Notes under the pieces: generated by a model
The model's database searches: none
Seen by the model: the letters and a program-made list of their open reading frames with translations, nothing else
What the model was told of the DNA's origin: nothing
Source of the DNA: Azolla caroliniana
Taxonomy: Eukaryota; Plantae; Polypodiophyta
Length of the DNA: 64,000 nt
Direction: 5' to 3'
Assembly (NCBI GenBank): GCA_043228905.1
Contig: JBHGNT010000008.1
Coordinates: forward strand, 21,452,001 to 21,516,000
Shown here: positions 31,562-45,900 of the stretch, piece after piece
How positions within the stretch are numbered: the first letter of the stretch is position 1
Layout of the letters: the number at the start of each line of letters is the position of its first letter
Made by a program: the position numbers and the translations under genes

Positions 31562-32959
31562 ATGCAGTCTGTTCGATCCCTCCTCCTTCGCCGCCTGAGG
31601 GTCCCTGTTTCTCACCCCCTCCGCCATGGCCATGGCAATGGCAATGGCAATGCTGGAAGCTCCATTCTCCTCCTCCTCCGCCCTTTCGCCGCCGAGGCTT
31701 CTTTCTTGGACAAGAAAGACGTGACCGATCGTGTCCTCGGCGTCTTGAAGAAGTTTCAGAAAGTCGATCCTTCCAAGGTATGATGATTTTTCTCATTTCT
31801 CTCTGTCGCTAGGTCCGGAGCTTATCTAGGGTTTTGTATTTGCTCAGATTTCTTTCTGCCTTGATACCCTGTCATTTCTTTTCTTGGCTTTTGAGACTTT
31901 CAGAGTCATAGCCATAGCCAAAGCCAATGAGAGATTTTTGTTTGTTTTTAACATGTGATTGTATTCGGAGATTATCTAGGGTTTTGTATTTGTTCGGATT
32001 TCTTTTTGCCTTGATACCCTGTCATTTCTTTTCTTGGCTTTTGAGACTTTCATAGTCATAGCCATATCCATAACCATTGCCAAAGTCAATGAGAGATTTT
32101 TGTTTGTTTTTAACATGTAATTGTATCTGGAAACACATCTAAAATGGGTTGTTAGAGCTTTTCTCTATAGATGTAAACATTTCCTTCAAACGACAATTTG
32201 CAACTTACTTCAATAAGACATGTAAATCTACTCTACAGCCATAGCCGTGGGCTCAAAAGATTCTTTACACATGCATGAAATCATGTCTTCTAACCTAAGA
32301 TATAGCCAATTGCCATGGCCTTTGGAGATTCTTTCAACAAGTACATTTACGTGGAGACGCCTTATGGAATAGGGAGTTCTTTGAACATGTATTCTAAAGT
32401 AAGCCATATCTGTTCTACTCCTGAGGCTTCGTGATCACAAGACGATCTAATGTTGAAGTTAATATTTCAGTATGCATGTTGCATGTATTGCATTTGAATG
32501 CCCCATTATCACTTCTCAAGGGTGGTTGACCAAGGTTATATGAGGAAATTACAAACATTTAGGGGCATTTAGGGTAATAAAGAGTTTTCCCAGATATCTA
32601 CATGTGTGTGTGTTGACATAGTGTTGTACATTTTGCAATGGAATTCCGTTTATCCCAAGGAAACTAGTATGTCCACAAATTTTCTATCTTCTTATGGTAC
32701 TTAACTTTTAATGATCTGGTTTATCTGAAATCTTACCGATGAATCTTAATGAATCTAAATGTTCTCTTTTTAAAATCTACAGATTTCACCAGTTGCTCAT
32801 TTTCAGAAGGATCTTGGTCTCGATAGTCTAGATTCAGTCGAATTAGTTATGGCATTTGAAGAGGAGTTTTCTGTAGAGATTCCTGACAGCGAGGCAGATA
32901 AGATCGACTCATGCAAAGCGGCCATCGACTATATAGCTGCCCTCCCCAAAGCGAAGTAA
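31562..32959 (+). CDS. mtACP: Mitochondrial acyl carrier protein (complex I SDAP/NDUFAB1 type), 2 exons, ~130 aa
   Basis: Exons 31562-31777 and 32783-32959. Arg-rich presequence [14 protein letters not shown], then [25 protein letters not shown]|[41 protein letters not shown] with the phosphopantetheine DSL serine. Confidence 0.96.
31817..32126. repeat. 150-bp tandem duplication in the mtACP intron, each copy starting with a telo-box
   Basis: GGAG.TTATCTAGGGTTTTGTATTTG...TTTAACATGT.ATTGTAT at 31817 and 31967. Confidence 0.9.
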
Positions 32960-34556
32960 AAAAAAGTACATATGGTTTATCCGAACAACAATCGATATAT
33001 GTATTGTTGGTTAAAAAAGACCAAATTTTTCCTGAGAATTGAGAATGAAGCTGTCTGCTAGATATGGGCATAGGATCGAAATACTTTAGGAAAGAATAAG
33101 TGTCTAAAAATGAATCGTTCTTTTTATTTTGTATTTTCATTCATGGCACATTCTATTTTATGTCCCAAAGCTGATCTTTATAACCTTTCTGCAAGGCTTT
33201 TTGTCTTTTTATACAAGCTGCAGTAGCAAATGAATGCAATGCTTACTAAGAATTTCGTTGAACAAACAAATCGAATGTGAACTAATTTTGCTACGTACAT
33301 GTATGGTCGAATGCATCATGACATGTATGTGATAGATGATGCTGCCTCATATTGTAAGGTGTATTTTAAGACTTTGGCGCAACCACATACTGGTAAGGTG
33401 TTGTATGTCTAGTTCTTAATACTATGTTGTTGCGAGCTTCAAGAAAGCCTATATTGGTCTTTATATCATGGATATCTTGTTATGGACAACTTTTTTTCGC
33501 AAAGACTAGAATATGTGACCTTGAATTGATGTTAAGCTGTGAAATAAGATTTATATGCTTATGAATTAGGTATTTATATAATTCCTTTTAGGCTTTCTTG
33601 TCAATATCATTATTGTTATTAAAGAGTTTCTATTATCTTTTTAGCTAGCATTAACTTGTTTCTGTTATAACGTCAGTGTATTTAGATACTATAACTAGGC
33701 AGTCATTTGGTGTAAAGAATTTCCACAAATTCATTTCGAAAGAGAGAATTTCAACATCTCCACTGGTGTTTCGAGTTTGGTTGGGAATCCTTTTTGTTGC
33801 CTTTGGGTCTGTGCTTCAGGTCTAGGGATTATGAGTACATGAAGAAGGTCTTGCATTTTTATGTGCTTCTGTTACATGCTTACTATTATGTTACCACCAT
33901 CACATGCTTAATTACACTATCAGAAGTAAATCAAGTCTATGCTCTGTCAATTTATATGTTATAGTGCAGCTGTGCATATTTCTGAAGTAGTTTCATGCTA
34001 GAGAAAAGATTAATTCGGTATACGTGAAATGAGCTTGCAACAATAAAGACTTAATCTCAAGCTTGATGACAAGCTGCAATATACTTAAAAGTGTTGGGCT
34101 ATGAACACTATATGATTGAACCTCGTTCTTGAAACCAGAAGAGTTAGTTGAGTACAATGCAAAACATAATTGCTATCATGAATGACAAACAACTAGCTAT
34201 CAAGAGTTAGTCGAGTACTTGAATTGCACCCTCAAGCGAGTGAATTAGGGGTGATGCACCTTCATTGTAAGGTAGTACATATGGTATGCAACAAAATAAT
34301 GTGTATAGGCAATCAAAACAAAAGCTCAATGGGATGATGCTTCATAATTCTTTTCACGAAACAACAAAGTTGTGCTTATGAAGATCAAAGTACAATGGTG
34401 TTTGCAAGTGATTAGCTTGTAGTAGACTTAGTCTTATTGACACCCGATCATCCAGACTATGCATAGGAATGTAGTGCATGTCCACAAGAACCTAAAGTGA
34501 AGCAAAATAAGGCGATCCGCACAACAAACGATGAACCGATTTACAAACACATTGTC

Positions 34557-34722
34557 TAGGGCTAAGAATCGGCAACGGTTCGGTTTCGCCTTAACCAGTT
34601 TGGTCCATAACGGTTTGGTTCAGCTTGAGCCATCCTAAACCCAGCTCAAACCTGAACCGAACTGAACCTCCAACGGTTTAACAGCTCGGATCAGGCTTGA
34701 GCCTAGCCATTGCCTACTCCTA
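34557..34722. mobile_element. MITE-like non-autonomous DNA element rich in AACCG/CGGTT subterminal motifs
   Basis: Begins TAGGGCT..ATCGGCAACGG and ends CCATTGCCTACTCCTA (imperfect TIR). Related sequence at 38826-39010 and 52905-53250. No clear TSD. Confidence 0.6.
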
Positions 34723-34922
34723 TAGACCAGAGCCTGAACTGAATTATGTAGTCCCCAATACAATAGTCTGTCTGTTGAATGTGTTGCTCTAAACCAGAGT
34801 AATATACATACTCTATCTGTTGTGCAGAATACAATTTAGGCCAATGAATGAATCCACTCATTTAATTCAGAAATACATACATATATGTGAAGAGTTTTCC
34901 ATGTAAGATTGAAGCGCAAACA

Positions 34923-37900
34923 ATGGAGCATCTTCTAGGGTGTGTTTCTTCTTCATCATCTCTGTCAGTGCACGCAAATGCATCAGGAATCACCACCCAT
35001 CTTTGTATCCATGGAAACAGGGGATGTTGGTCTCAACACAAGAACGCTTTCATTAAGCAAAGCTTCATATTGGAGAAGAAGAAGAAGAAGAAGGGAAACT
35101 TCATCACTGCTAGGAGTCGTCATGGTCAGGAAGAAGATAGAGATGAAGAAAGATCCGATTCGCCTGTGTCTAGAAGTGGTATAAATCATGATGCTCTGCC
35201 CCCCCTAGAAACAGAGAAGATTTCAGAAACCCTAAAACGTGAAGAAAGGATAGAATCAAAATTCGGTAATTCTGGTGGGAAAGATGGTTCTCAGAAGAGT
35301 ATTGAAGACACACTTGGGTTGTTGAAGGAGCAAATGGTAGAAGACAGGAAGAAAAGTATAGAAAGGAACAAGGAAGAGGATGATCGAAAGCTATTGAAGA
35401 GGTCTAAAGTACTTGCAAAGCAACTCATCAGTCGATCTTCGGCCAATGCAATTGGTTTCATCTCGCAATTGTGGGTCAGTGCTGGACTCGTAAGTGTGTG
35501 ATTTCTGAATCCCAACCTGTAATGTTAATGGACAATTTGAGATCAACAGATTGAGGAATTTTTTAAACTATATTGAGAATGTAGAAAAGATAACTATAGG
35601 ATTTTTCATGCTGTGATGGTAATGACCATAACTGAAGTCATAGTCATGTGTGACATGATGTGGTAAGGAATGTTACCAGAAAAGTGAGAATAGTAAAGTA
35701 TATGTAGATTTTGCCCAAACCAGAGGGCGCTTGTAGTATGGTAAAGGATGTGTAGATTCATGACATGCCACCAAACCACTCACCCATATAGCAGAAAAGT
35801 AGATGTAGATTATCATGGTATATGCATATTCACCAAAGGTCTATATGGCAGAAAAATTAGGTGTCGATTAATTATAGGCTTGTATAGCCCAAGCGTAAAT
35901 GTACATTTACCATAGGCATATATAGCAGAAACGTCTGCATAGATTCACCATGGCCCTTTATTTCATCTATCATGGAAGAGATGATTGTACTAACTTATAC
36001 ATCTCTTTGTTCATGTGTTAGTTTAAAGTGGTGGCATTGGAAGTAAGACCGAGTCTACTTTCTGGAGAGGCGGATGGAGTTCTACTTGATGATGTGTGCC
36101 AGGTTTGTGGAAATAAAATATCCCCTGATAGAATATGATGCATCATTTTAACTCAGATTTCTTAGCCACAGCTTCATTCGATAAAGTCTTTTATGAAGCA
36201 TTGGCTGAAGTGATGTTGGTGATGTTTTATATGCCTGATTTGGGCAAAATGGTTCTTTTTTCTATTGATTTTTTGGGCATCGGACTCTATTTTAGTGTTA
36301 ATTTAATTCTCGAATGTGTTTATTGATTTATGTTTTTGACAGGTTGGAGATGTTGTACTAGTAGGTGATGAAAGTGTTCTAGAGAGTGAGATGACTTTCC
36401 GAGAATCAGAAACTCTAGTAAGTAGAAAAATCTTCTTTTGGTGATGATCCAACAAAACTTCATATGAATGAAGATTAAAAACATCATGAGCTAAGCTTTT
36501 CTCACTGAAAAGCAAATAAAATAATGGTACAAGCAAATAATCTGCCAGGAGGGAATTCTACAGAAAAGAAATAATAAATCAGAAATGTCTAAAATAACCT
36601 TATGTTAGAATATGTCACTTTAGCTTTTTATTTTTGTTAAAACTCTAGCATTAAATTTTTACGTTTACGATCCTTTAATGAGTGTGTGTGTGTTGTTCAT
36701 AGATATATACACACATATATAGATAGATAGATAGATAGATAGATATACTCTAGAGTATTAATATTGATAGCATTTTTTGTTCTGATTGCTTTCCAATTGC
36801 TATGGTTTTTAGCTTTATATCGATAATGTGGTAAATCAACGGCATATTGTTGTTTATAGGTTGGTTATGATCTCGTTGATGAAGATGGAAACTACCTAGG
36901 GAAGGTAAACATTACGATGCTTTGTGGTTTGCTAAAAGATAGGTTTAACATTTGCATTTAGTGGGAGAATAATTCTATAGTTGGTTTTTGTTCCCTTGAG
37001 TAAATGCTTTTGATGAATATTTTCATATTAATAGTTTTCAGTTTAAATGAAAAGCGTACATTGTATTGAATTCTAAACAAAGTTTGATGTGTGCAAGGTT
37101 CGTGATTTCAGCTTCAATCTTCATGATGGGAAAGTCACTTCGTTGGAGTTTGATTCCCTAGGATCCTCCTTGATTCCATCAAGCCTTGTAAGAACTACCT
37201 CCAAAAATTAGAAGTTCTTCATATGATGTATATTACGAGATGAAGTTGTTTAATCTAGAAAAGCAATTGAATTCGTTGTTTTATTGTAAATTTGGGTTAA
37301 TCTTTTAAAATACTGTTATATAAACATCTTGAGTGTGATTTTGTTTTTTGTGTGTAGCAACAACAGTTTATATGTATGCCCTTACTCAACTGTGAATTGG
37401 ATGAATCTGTGCAGATTAGTACGTATTGGTTGGATGCTGAAGAAGTAATAGAAATATTTTCAGATTGCATTATGATCAGACAAGGAGCCGAGGCACGAAT
37501 CAGGAGGCTTAGCAAGGTTTGTTCTATCATGATTTATGAGTAAACATATTTTGAACTTTTAGGAAAGTATCAACTGTTAGGGGTCCATCATAGTTTACCA
37601 CCTGTTAAGGATCCATCATGATTTACTCATACGTCACAGGGTTAGAATGAGGATCAACATGCCCAAGGTGCCAATTAGATTAGGTAATTTTAGCTGAGTT
37701 AGAATAGTTAATCAAGTTTAGAGTCTATACTTTATGTAAACACATGATTATAATGTGAAAATCATATCGAACTCATGCATGGTTACTCCAAAGGAAGAAA
37801 TGAATCTAGAGTTCTTCCTGTATAGGATGAGAAAAAAGAGTCAGATAACTAACTGATAGTTATAGCTCAGCTGAACCACTGAACTTACTCTTATGGTCTT

Positions 37901-38241
37901 ATCAAGCCTATTTCATATAAAAATTAGTGGAGCTTACGGAATATTATTACCTATATTCCAACCACCCTTAAAAGGTCTAACGTATGCAATTACAGGGATT
38001 ATGGCAGCTCCCGACTGTAAGACAGGGAAAAACACGAAATATAAAGATGATAAGGAGAAGAGCATCAAGGAGAGAGTCTTCTGAAAGTGAGACTGAGGAG
38101 AGTAACTCGAGGCAATTGCCACTAAATCAATCCTCAAGTTTTCTCGGAGCAAACGAATTTGATAGTCTCGGTATGGAATCAGAATCAAAAGACCGTTATC
38201 AAATTCCGGTGGACTACAGCGCATCGCGTTATAGAAGATGA
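34923..38241 (+). CDS. PRC-barrel-like domain protein, probably plastid-targeted (cyanobacterial-type tandem PRC barrel), 7 exons, ~401 aa
   Basis: Exons 34923-35489, 36022-36102, 36343-36417, 36860-36904, 37098-37187, 37415-37516, 37996-38241, all phase 0 GT-AG. Ser-rich transit-like N-terminus, then LKRSKVLAKQLIS..GFISQLWV..VVALEVRPSLLSG..QVGDVVLV..LVGYDLVDEDGNYLGKVRDFSFN..LEFDSLG..IPSSLISTY. Confidence 0.88.
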
Positions 38242-38825
38242 AACTGCACAACCATTGTGTATATACATAAGTATGCATCATAAACATATAATTGAGAAGT
38301 AAACATCATATTAAGGATCCAGGAAGTATTCATACATATCAATCCTGCATTTAGTATCAATTTGCATGGATCCTTTTAGAGAATTTGTATGTGGCTGTGA
38401 CTCCCTTAAGATGAGTTTTCTACACACACGCACACAAAGGGAACGGAAAGGGGAGAGAGAGAGAGAGAGAGATGACAATGTATTATTATCGTCTAACAAG
38501 GAGTTATGAGTTATTTTATTTGTTGTTTAGTAACCCATAGCTCCTAAGATCTTCTCAATTCTTGTGCAACATATGTGGACCTCATGTTTTCAGATAGTAA
38601 ACACGTGTTTCTCCCCTTGTTGAGAGGTTAAAGGTAAGTACGTGTAGGGCTGCTTTTGGTGGGATCCAATGTTGTGCAGCCTTCATAGATTTGGTCTATA
38701 TTTTTGGGTGCTAATCATCTATCATCTGTTTACTTATGAATGGAAGGAGGCCAAGAAACTTCTGAATAGGATCTTTGGCTCTTATCCTCATTATTGAATG
38801 ATCACCACACTTCTGAGTCTGTTCT

Positions 38826-39010
38826 TGTAGGAATTGGCAACAGTTCAGTTTTGGCTTAACTGGATTGGGCAGGGTGAGCCTTGCCAAACCAAGCTCAAAT
38901 TGGTTAAGGAAGCTCAAGCCTTATCTGAAGCCAAACAGAACCACCAAACCATTTAAAAATGGTTTAATGGTTGGGTTCAAGCTTGAGCCGAGCTGTTACC
39001 GACTTTTAGG
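38826..39010. mobile_element. MITE-like element, same family as 34557-34722
   Basis: AGGAATTGGCAACAGTTC ... GAGCTGTTACCGACTTT inverted ends; shares AGCTCAAA and GCTTGAGCC segments with the 34.6 kb copy. Confidence 0.6.
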
Positions 39011-39199
39011 TATAAGACCTTGCAATTAGGGTTTACGTAAGGTCGTCAATCCACTCATTATTAGCTCCCAAGCTAGAAAATGAGGTCATATTGGCTAAAT
39101 AGTTGGGAGTTGTTGCCATGGTCAAGAGAGTAGAATAGAATTGAATGGAAATTTTATTGTCCATGATGAAGCGAATTTTGATTTATGAGACCAAATCAA

Positions 39200-40300
39200 C
39201 ATATCTTGTAAATGACTCCTTTCTAAGAAGGGGGGTTACCACTCCAATGTAAAACCTCTTGATGTGAAAATAATGCACACATGTAATCACCATTCTCAGT
39301 GGAAATTTGAGTATGACGCTTGAATTATCATGCTTGTTTACTAATTGGTTTAATTCAATTCATTAGCCAATATTCTAGGAAACCTTGCTTGATAACTTGA
39401 ACCATGATAGTTGCTATCCATTGATGAGTTTGTGGTCTCGTCCATTCCAAGAGCTCACTTGTCATTGAAGTTGTCTACTACTTTACAATAGACGCATGCC
39501 ATATATGGTGTTTCTATACTCAATGTTATAGGCATTATTGCATCATGCATATTAAGCTTACATACATATTGTTCCATCTCTTCATTAGTGAATTCAGCAA
39601 TTATAGCTTATTTTTTGCCATTGAGTTGTCTCCATGCTAACTTTGTTTGGAGTTTAAACATTTGCATTTTCTTCTTCCTTGGCATTTGACAATATTGCCC
39701 CTTCTTCCCCATCACCATTCTTTGATATTGATATAATGTCAAGGCGTTCTCATTTTTATTTTTTTTGAGCTTGAACATTTCGAGATGAGCCTTGCATTCT
39801 TCATCAAACCAAGCATTGCATGGGGAAACTAAGAATTTGATGTCCACCTACACATGCACAAAAATATGAATACCCTACCTTGAGAATGACAACCTTCAAT
39901 TGCGCTCAATTTATTTTCACATCTTTACTAAGGGAGAGGTGTGAAACATAACCCCCAACCTCATTTGCATATAGATTAGCTTTTCCATAGTAAAGTCACA
40001 TAATGTACCTCTTTTCCTTTTGTACTCTGATTCATTGGTCAATGTGTGTGTTTCTTTTGTTGCAATTTGCAAGTATAGGGCTTGTGGTCTGAGTCTGATG
40101 ACAATGGGCCAATACTAAATGTATTCACTATGGATACATCACATTCTTTTACCAATACATTGTCAACTATACTTCTTCCTTTGGAGGCTAGATGACATGT
40201 CTAAGAGTTTCATTTCGTTCTATGGTTCAAGCATGCGAGTATCTAGGATTTGCAATGCTATTTTCTTCATGGCAAGTGACACCTCTTTCAAATATTTAAT
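39200..40300 (-). mobile_element. Degraded LINE (RTE-like) endonuclease/RT fragment
   Basis: On the minus strand, in order: SIVDNVLV (~40170), SDHKP (~40090), AWFDEECK (~39815) and a decayed YRTIMV-like segment (~39410). Many stops and frameshifts. Confidence 0.65.
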
Positions 40301-42910
40301 CGTCATTGCTTGCAAATCCATCGTGTGTTGAAGTATCATTTCTCTCTGATTCCCTCTCGTTATGAACATGTACTTCATTTTGCAATTTTATTAGTTTGTC
40401 TTGTAAATACATGCATATGGTTCAAATTATTTCAATGGACAAGGAATGTGAGCTTCCACCATAATGTTCTCACACCTCATCAACAACCTTTGATGCCCTT
40501 TGAGCCATGTTGGATGTTATATCAAATTTTTGTAAGCAATGCCTAGTTTAGTGTCTAAATTCTACTTTAGCTCGTCATGCTCATATATTTTATCTTACGT
40601 GTCTGATTTAAGCATCCAAGTACTCAAAATGACCATCTTGTCTTCTAGTTTTAGAATGCAAAAATAGCCATACTAGCATGTTGTTGGAGTGATTTGTTCC
40701 TTCAACATTGATAAACGCAAAAAGTAAGATAGATAGGGACTCTTGATGTTCACAAACTTTATTAACGAAGTACATGTGAAAGTGAGTAGGGACTCTTGAA
40801 GTACATCTGAAAGGGAGTAACATGTCTTGATATTCAAGACCTTTACGAATGAATGTCACAATCAAGAGCTCACACTATAATTGTGAGAGAAATTTGTGCA
40901 AACATTGGGTTTGGTCAAAAAAGTGTGGAAAGCATAGTTGGATGTGATCAAAGGCAAAGGATTGTATCAACGTGTGATACTCACTCTTGAACTTGTTTAG
41001 GGAAAATTCTGCATATTCAATTACTCCCATCACTTGTGCCTCAACGCCTTGTCTCATATCATATTGAGTGTGAGTTAAGTCATGTGGAAGCAATGGTTTG
41101 AATGGTAGACAACAATATGGGTTCTTACATGAATTGATGTGCATGGTTTCCTCGTTCAGCAAAGAACATGGTTTTGTAGTTAGGTGCAACATATGTAGTA
41201 TATTGTGTGACGTGCAACCCTCCATATTTTTTCCATGTTATGATACATTGGCATTGCAAAAAGGCCTCATTCACAAAAGCATTTATTAATGCATCATGAA
41301 GCAAGTACATTGCATCCCATTTTCCAAACCATTTTTCCATATCTTGCATCCAACTTGAACACAAAATTTAGCTTTAATTTGTATTTTGGATCTTTTCGTT
41401 TGCTTCCCACGCGATTCTAGGAAGCAACATATAAAGCTATTTTGCGAAGAAGCAGATGAGAAGGTTTCAGAATGAAAAATGAACACATTGTGAAATGTTT
41501 CCAATTCAATATATTAATGTGTCATTGATGAGCTAATGACGTGTTACTCAACATTTTTGGCCCCTTACTCTTTTAGGATTTGACCATGTAAAATTTGTTA
41601 GCATTGTCTTGTGATTGTTATGACCCCTTGGGTTGTGGAAAGTGAAATTGTCTTTCAAAACAAGATATGCATCCAAATGTTCTCAAACTTAAAAGCAAAA
41701 GCAAAATCATAGTGATTCCTAAGACTTCCAACATACAACCTTGCTTTTAGTGATCCACAAATAAAGAATAAAGCTTCTACTTTAAATATTAATACTTCAA
41801 AGTCTAAAAAAAATACCTAGCGATTTGAAAGTTTTGCTACCTACATCAACTATGATTAGACTAATGTGAATTGAAGCCTTTTGAATATTTTCATGTTCCT
41901 TAATACTCTAGGTGATGAGCATAGCTATTTCTTCACTCGATTTACTCCTTCATAACAGTGTTAAAAGAAAACTTTTGAGTTTTGTTTGATCCAACATGTA
42001 TGTGCTTTTGATTGAAGTTGCCAATTTTGAGATAACACACCTCAAATTCTGTAAACAATTTTACTGAGTTTTACCTGGGTTTCTTTTTGACAAAAACCAT
42101 TATGACATGTTGCTTGATGGGACAGACTGAATTTTTTATTATATCCTAGCTACATCAGTTTTCAAGGCATAATATAATGCACAAGATGAGACATATCCAT
42201 TTGATTCATTTGTTCACGACAATCTAGAAGCATATATGATATAGTTGGAGAGTTTTAAATTGGTGTCCAGAATCTATGACAATCACCTCATTATAGAAAA
42301 AACTATCTCCCAAGTTTAGTCGAGAGAGAACATTAGAGAGTAAAATCATAATGCACAATCACCTCAATCTGTGACCATCACCTCAATACATCAGAAGTAG
42401 AGGAACAAGTAAATTCTATGTCATTTATAATCTCAATTATAAGAGGCAAACAAACACTTCATTTACACTACATTTTTTGAAGATAAAGACCGCTCCAAAA
42501 AGAGCTTCGCATCACTTCCTTAGACAGGCATTTACATATGAATCTCCCCTTCAATAACAACTACTCCCAAATAATATTTCATACATCCTTTCTTCTTTAT
42601 TTCTGGTGCAGATGATAAGTAACACATACTCCTACTCTCATTCAAACCAACCTGATTGATTGACACAAGCCAAACAAGTATCTGTTTGCCTAGCCCCGAT
42701 TTTTATGTGTTATGATGTTATCATTATAAACTGTAGGATTGTTTTGTTTTGGCTGTGTCATTTAACCACCAAATAAGCCCATGATATCAAAAGCTCATGC
42801 ATGAGTTTATCCAAGCAAATGCAGTCATTTTGAAATCTTGCAAGATATAATAATCAATCTTGCAAGATATAATAATCTAAGGAATAAAGCGCCAGTGATA
42901 ACATCCTGAT

Positions 42911-45900
42911 TCATGATTGTACCACTACATCTTTAGCAACATGTGCTGCATTGCCCTCAGTTTTCACACTATGCTTGGAAGTTTGGTGCATCAAGTCTGC
43001 TTTTTTTACTCTAAATGTTGGTGTCGATGCCTTAAGTCGTTCTCTCTTCACGGCTTTATTTACCTTGGACTCATGATTACCTTCTTTTGACACTTGCTGC
43101 GATGATTTCCCTGTCTTATTATTGATTCCATTAGAGACCATATGCCTAGTTAATGTTGTTGAGTCACTCTTCTCAGCATTTCTGCTCCTAGTTTCCTTCA
43201 GGCTATTAGAATCAGGTTTCTCGATATTATTTTGACCATTTTGGTTATTTTCATTGGACTCATTGACATGAATAATTTTGATGGCTTCACTTCCATTAAG
43301 TGCTACATCTCTAGATTCTCCATCCTCATTGTTGAGATCCACGCCACAATCAAGTTTGTCTGCATTTTCATGGCTTTCTTTGATGCTGTTATTGTCAATA
43401 AAATGCTGAGGTGCCGATATCACTTCTTCAGGTATTTCTTCTCTTTTTGTATCAAGTGTCACTGTTTCTACATTATCTTTCATGACTTCATTGCTAACTG
43501 AATTCCTTTCCTTTCTTAACTTGTTGTTATCTTTGGACAACGAGCTTCTTAGAGCTTTTTTTGAAGAATCAAGACTATGTTTTACCGATACACTCTCACT
43601 GTTTTCATTTGATACATTCAGTGAGCTCCCATTCGCCCCTTCAGAAGATATGGAACTATTCTGCCTCCCAAGCTTAGGTGACTTGGCTCGCGTTGTTGGA
43701 ATCTAGAGCAGAGTAAACAGACATCAATGAACTCTCAATATGAATAAAAAAACAATTAAAAAAATAGGCTCAGCCTCTGCCTAAGCAGTAGTTTGGCAGG
43801 TTAAACCTAATTGTTGGGAGTTAAAAGTTTATACACACTTTTTTCAGCTCGGCTTTGGGAGGGACACCTTCGCTGTAGAAGGTAGGCATAGGTGTTGCCT
43901 TGAATGTCAAACTTCTTCTTAATTGTTTGATCTCTGCATCCGTCTCTTCCTGTAAGAGAAGCATGTTACTGAATAGTCACACTTCGCAAGTGACTCGAGT
44001 TCTCCTTTGATGCACATTTGAGGTCAAGAGAATACCTTTGATTTTGCTTGAATCTGTTTCCTTTCTTCTTGTTTAGCAATCTGTAGCTCTTCCAATTTTG
44101 TGTAGAACTAATGCAGATAAGATCAAGGTGAGGTTTATTAATAGTCCATCCTATTTTAGATCTTAATGTGATGGCAGGGCTTCCAAATAACTACCTCTTT
44201 CCGCTTCTCTGCTCGCTCATCACTCTTAAAACTGAAACCACTCGCAGCAGCAGCAGCAGCTTTTGCCTTCACTGTTCTGGATGTTCTGCCAATAGTTAAG
44301 AAATCATGATTTGTACCAAGAAACCTTATGATTTGTGACAAGAAACCTTCTTCATTTTTGCATATTCTACGAAGGATACGCTGAGGAGATAGACTGAATG
44401 TCATCATCGTCCACTTTATAATCCGTAAGAGCATCATTGCTGAGGCTAACCTCCTCCATGGACCTTTTGAAGAAGAAAAATTATAATAATGTGAAGATGG
44501 GTGTGGATGAAACCAAATGTAATACTGAAACATCGTAAAAATGGTAAAATATGAAAAATGCTAAAAGAAGAAACTAAAAACTTCTTGAAAATAGTCCGAC
44601 ACAGAAGTCTATGAATGTTTGGTCTCACTTTGTGTTCTCTTCATGCATGGATTTGATTGAGCTTGAATTCGTCTTTTTGTGCACCTATTATAAGCCAAAC
44701 AAAATACAGCATCCTCGTCAGATGACAAGATTGCATATGTAAAGAGCACGGATTTCACATAGAAGTAACAATAATTAGAACCTTAATTTAACAAGTTACC
44801 AGGATAGAGACATACCCTTCTCTCAAATACAAATTAAAAGGAGCACATATTGTAAACAAAGTTAAAATATCCTCATAGAGGTGGCAACCTCAAGTAATCA
44901 TACCGGTCCATCTTTGGTGACTGAATCCAAGACACTACGATGAGATTGGCGAGATTGCACAGATGTTTCCCCAACATTCAATCGTCCACCTGCAGATGCC
45001 CTCTTATCGGTCGCAAGAGCGAATGGCTGAGGAACAGTGACATTGTGACGTGAGAGACTGCCACTAAACGAACGCCGAGTTGCTGGAGAAATCGTCTCCG
45101 CTTCAGATTCTACAACTAGATCCGAGTGATTGTGTTGTGCTTCTGCTCCACCATTGGACTTTGTAGGAATTCTTGAAAAAGATGACGCTTTAGAGATCTT
45201 GGCTCTATTAACTGGCCCTACACTCTTCTTTACATCACTTTTTTGCCCACTAGCTTGATCTTTCTTTATTTGAGCCTGTAATGTGAGACACAAGAATTAA
45301 GTTTCCATGGTATATATAAAAGATCAGATGGTCCATACATACCCTGCATTAATACCTATAGAGTGCACAAGTACTTCAATACGAAGGGAAAATTTTGGAT
45401 TAGAATGTGTCAAGCATGGTGATGTAGTCACAACCCATTTGGACCCAAACACAGAGTTAAGATCAAATTAAATTCTTGTTAACCTTAATTAGACTCCATC
45501 GGTTAGAACTATTTTAATAACATCTTATCGGAACATGTGGACACAATGTAGAAAACAGATGACATTTTCTTATCTTCCACACTTTGTTCTTTCCATTGTG
45601 GACTTTGGAACTAACCTGACATCCAAGATCTACCTTGGTCCTTCAACACAAAGACTATCCTTAATTTGGGTCATTAATCTCGCTTATTCATGTGTTAATA
45701 TCACATATCTCTCCAAATGACAAGAAGGAGCAATGTCAAGAATAGACATAATTATCCTTACCTTTGGATTCGGTCCCTTTGCTTGCGAAGAAGATAGAGG
45801 TGCAGCACCTTTGGATTTCTTATCAATGGTGATACCTTGTGGTTCATCTTTCAGCTCTCCCTTTTGGCTACTTTCAGTGGAATCCACAACCTCCTTAATA

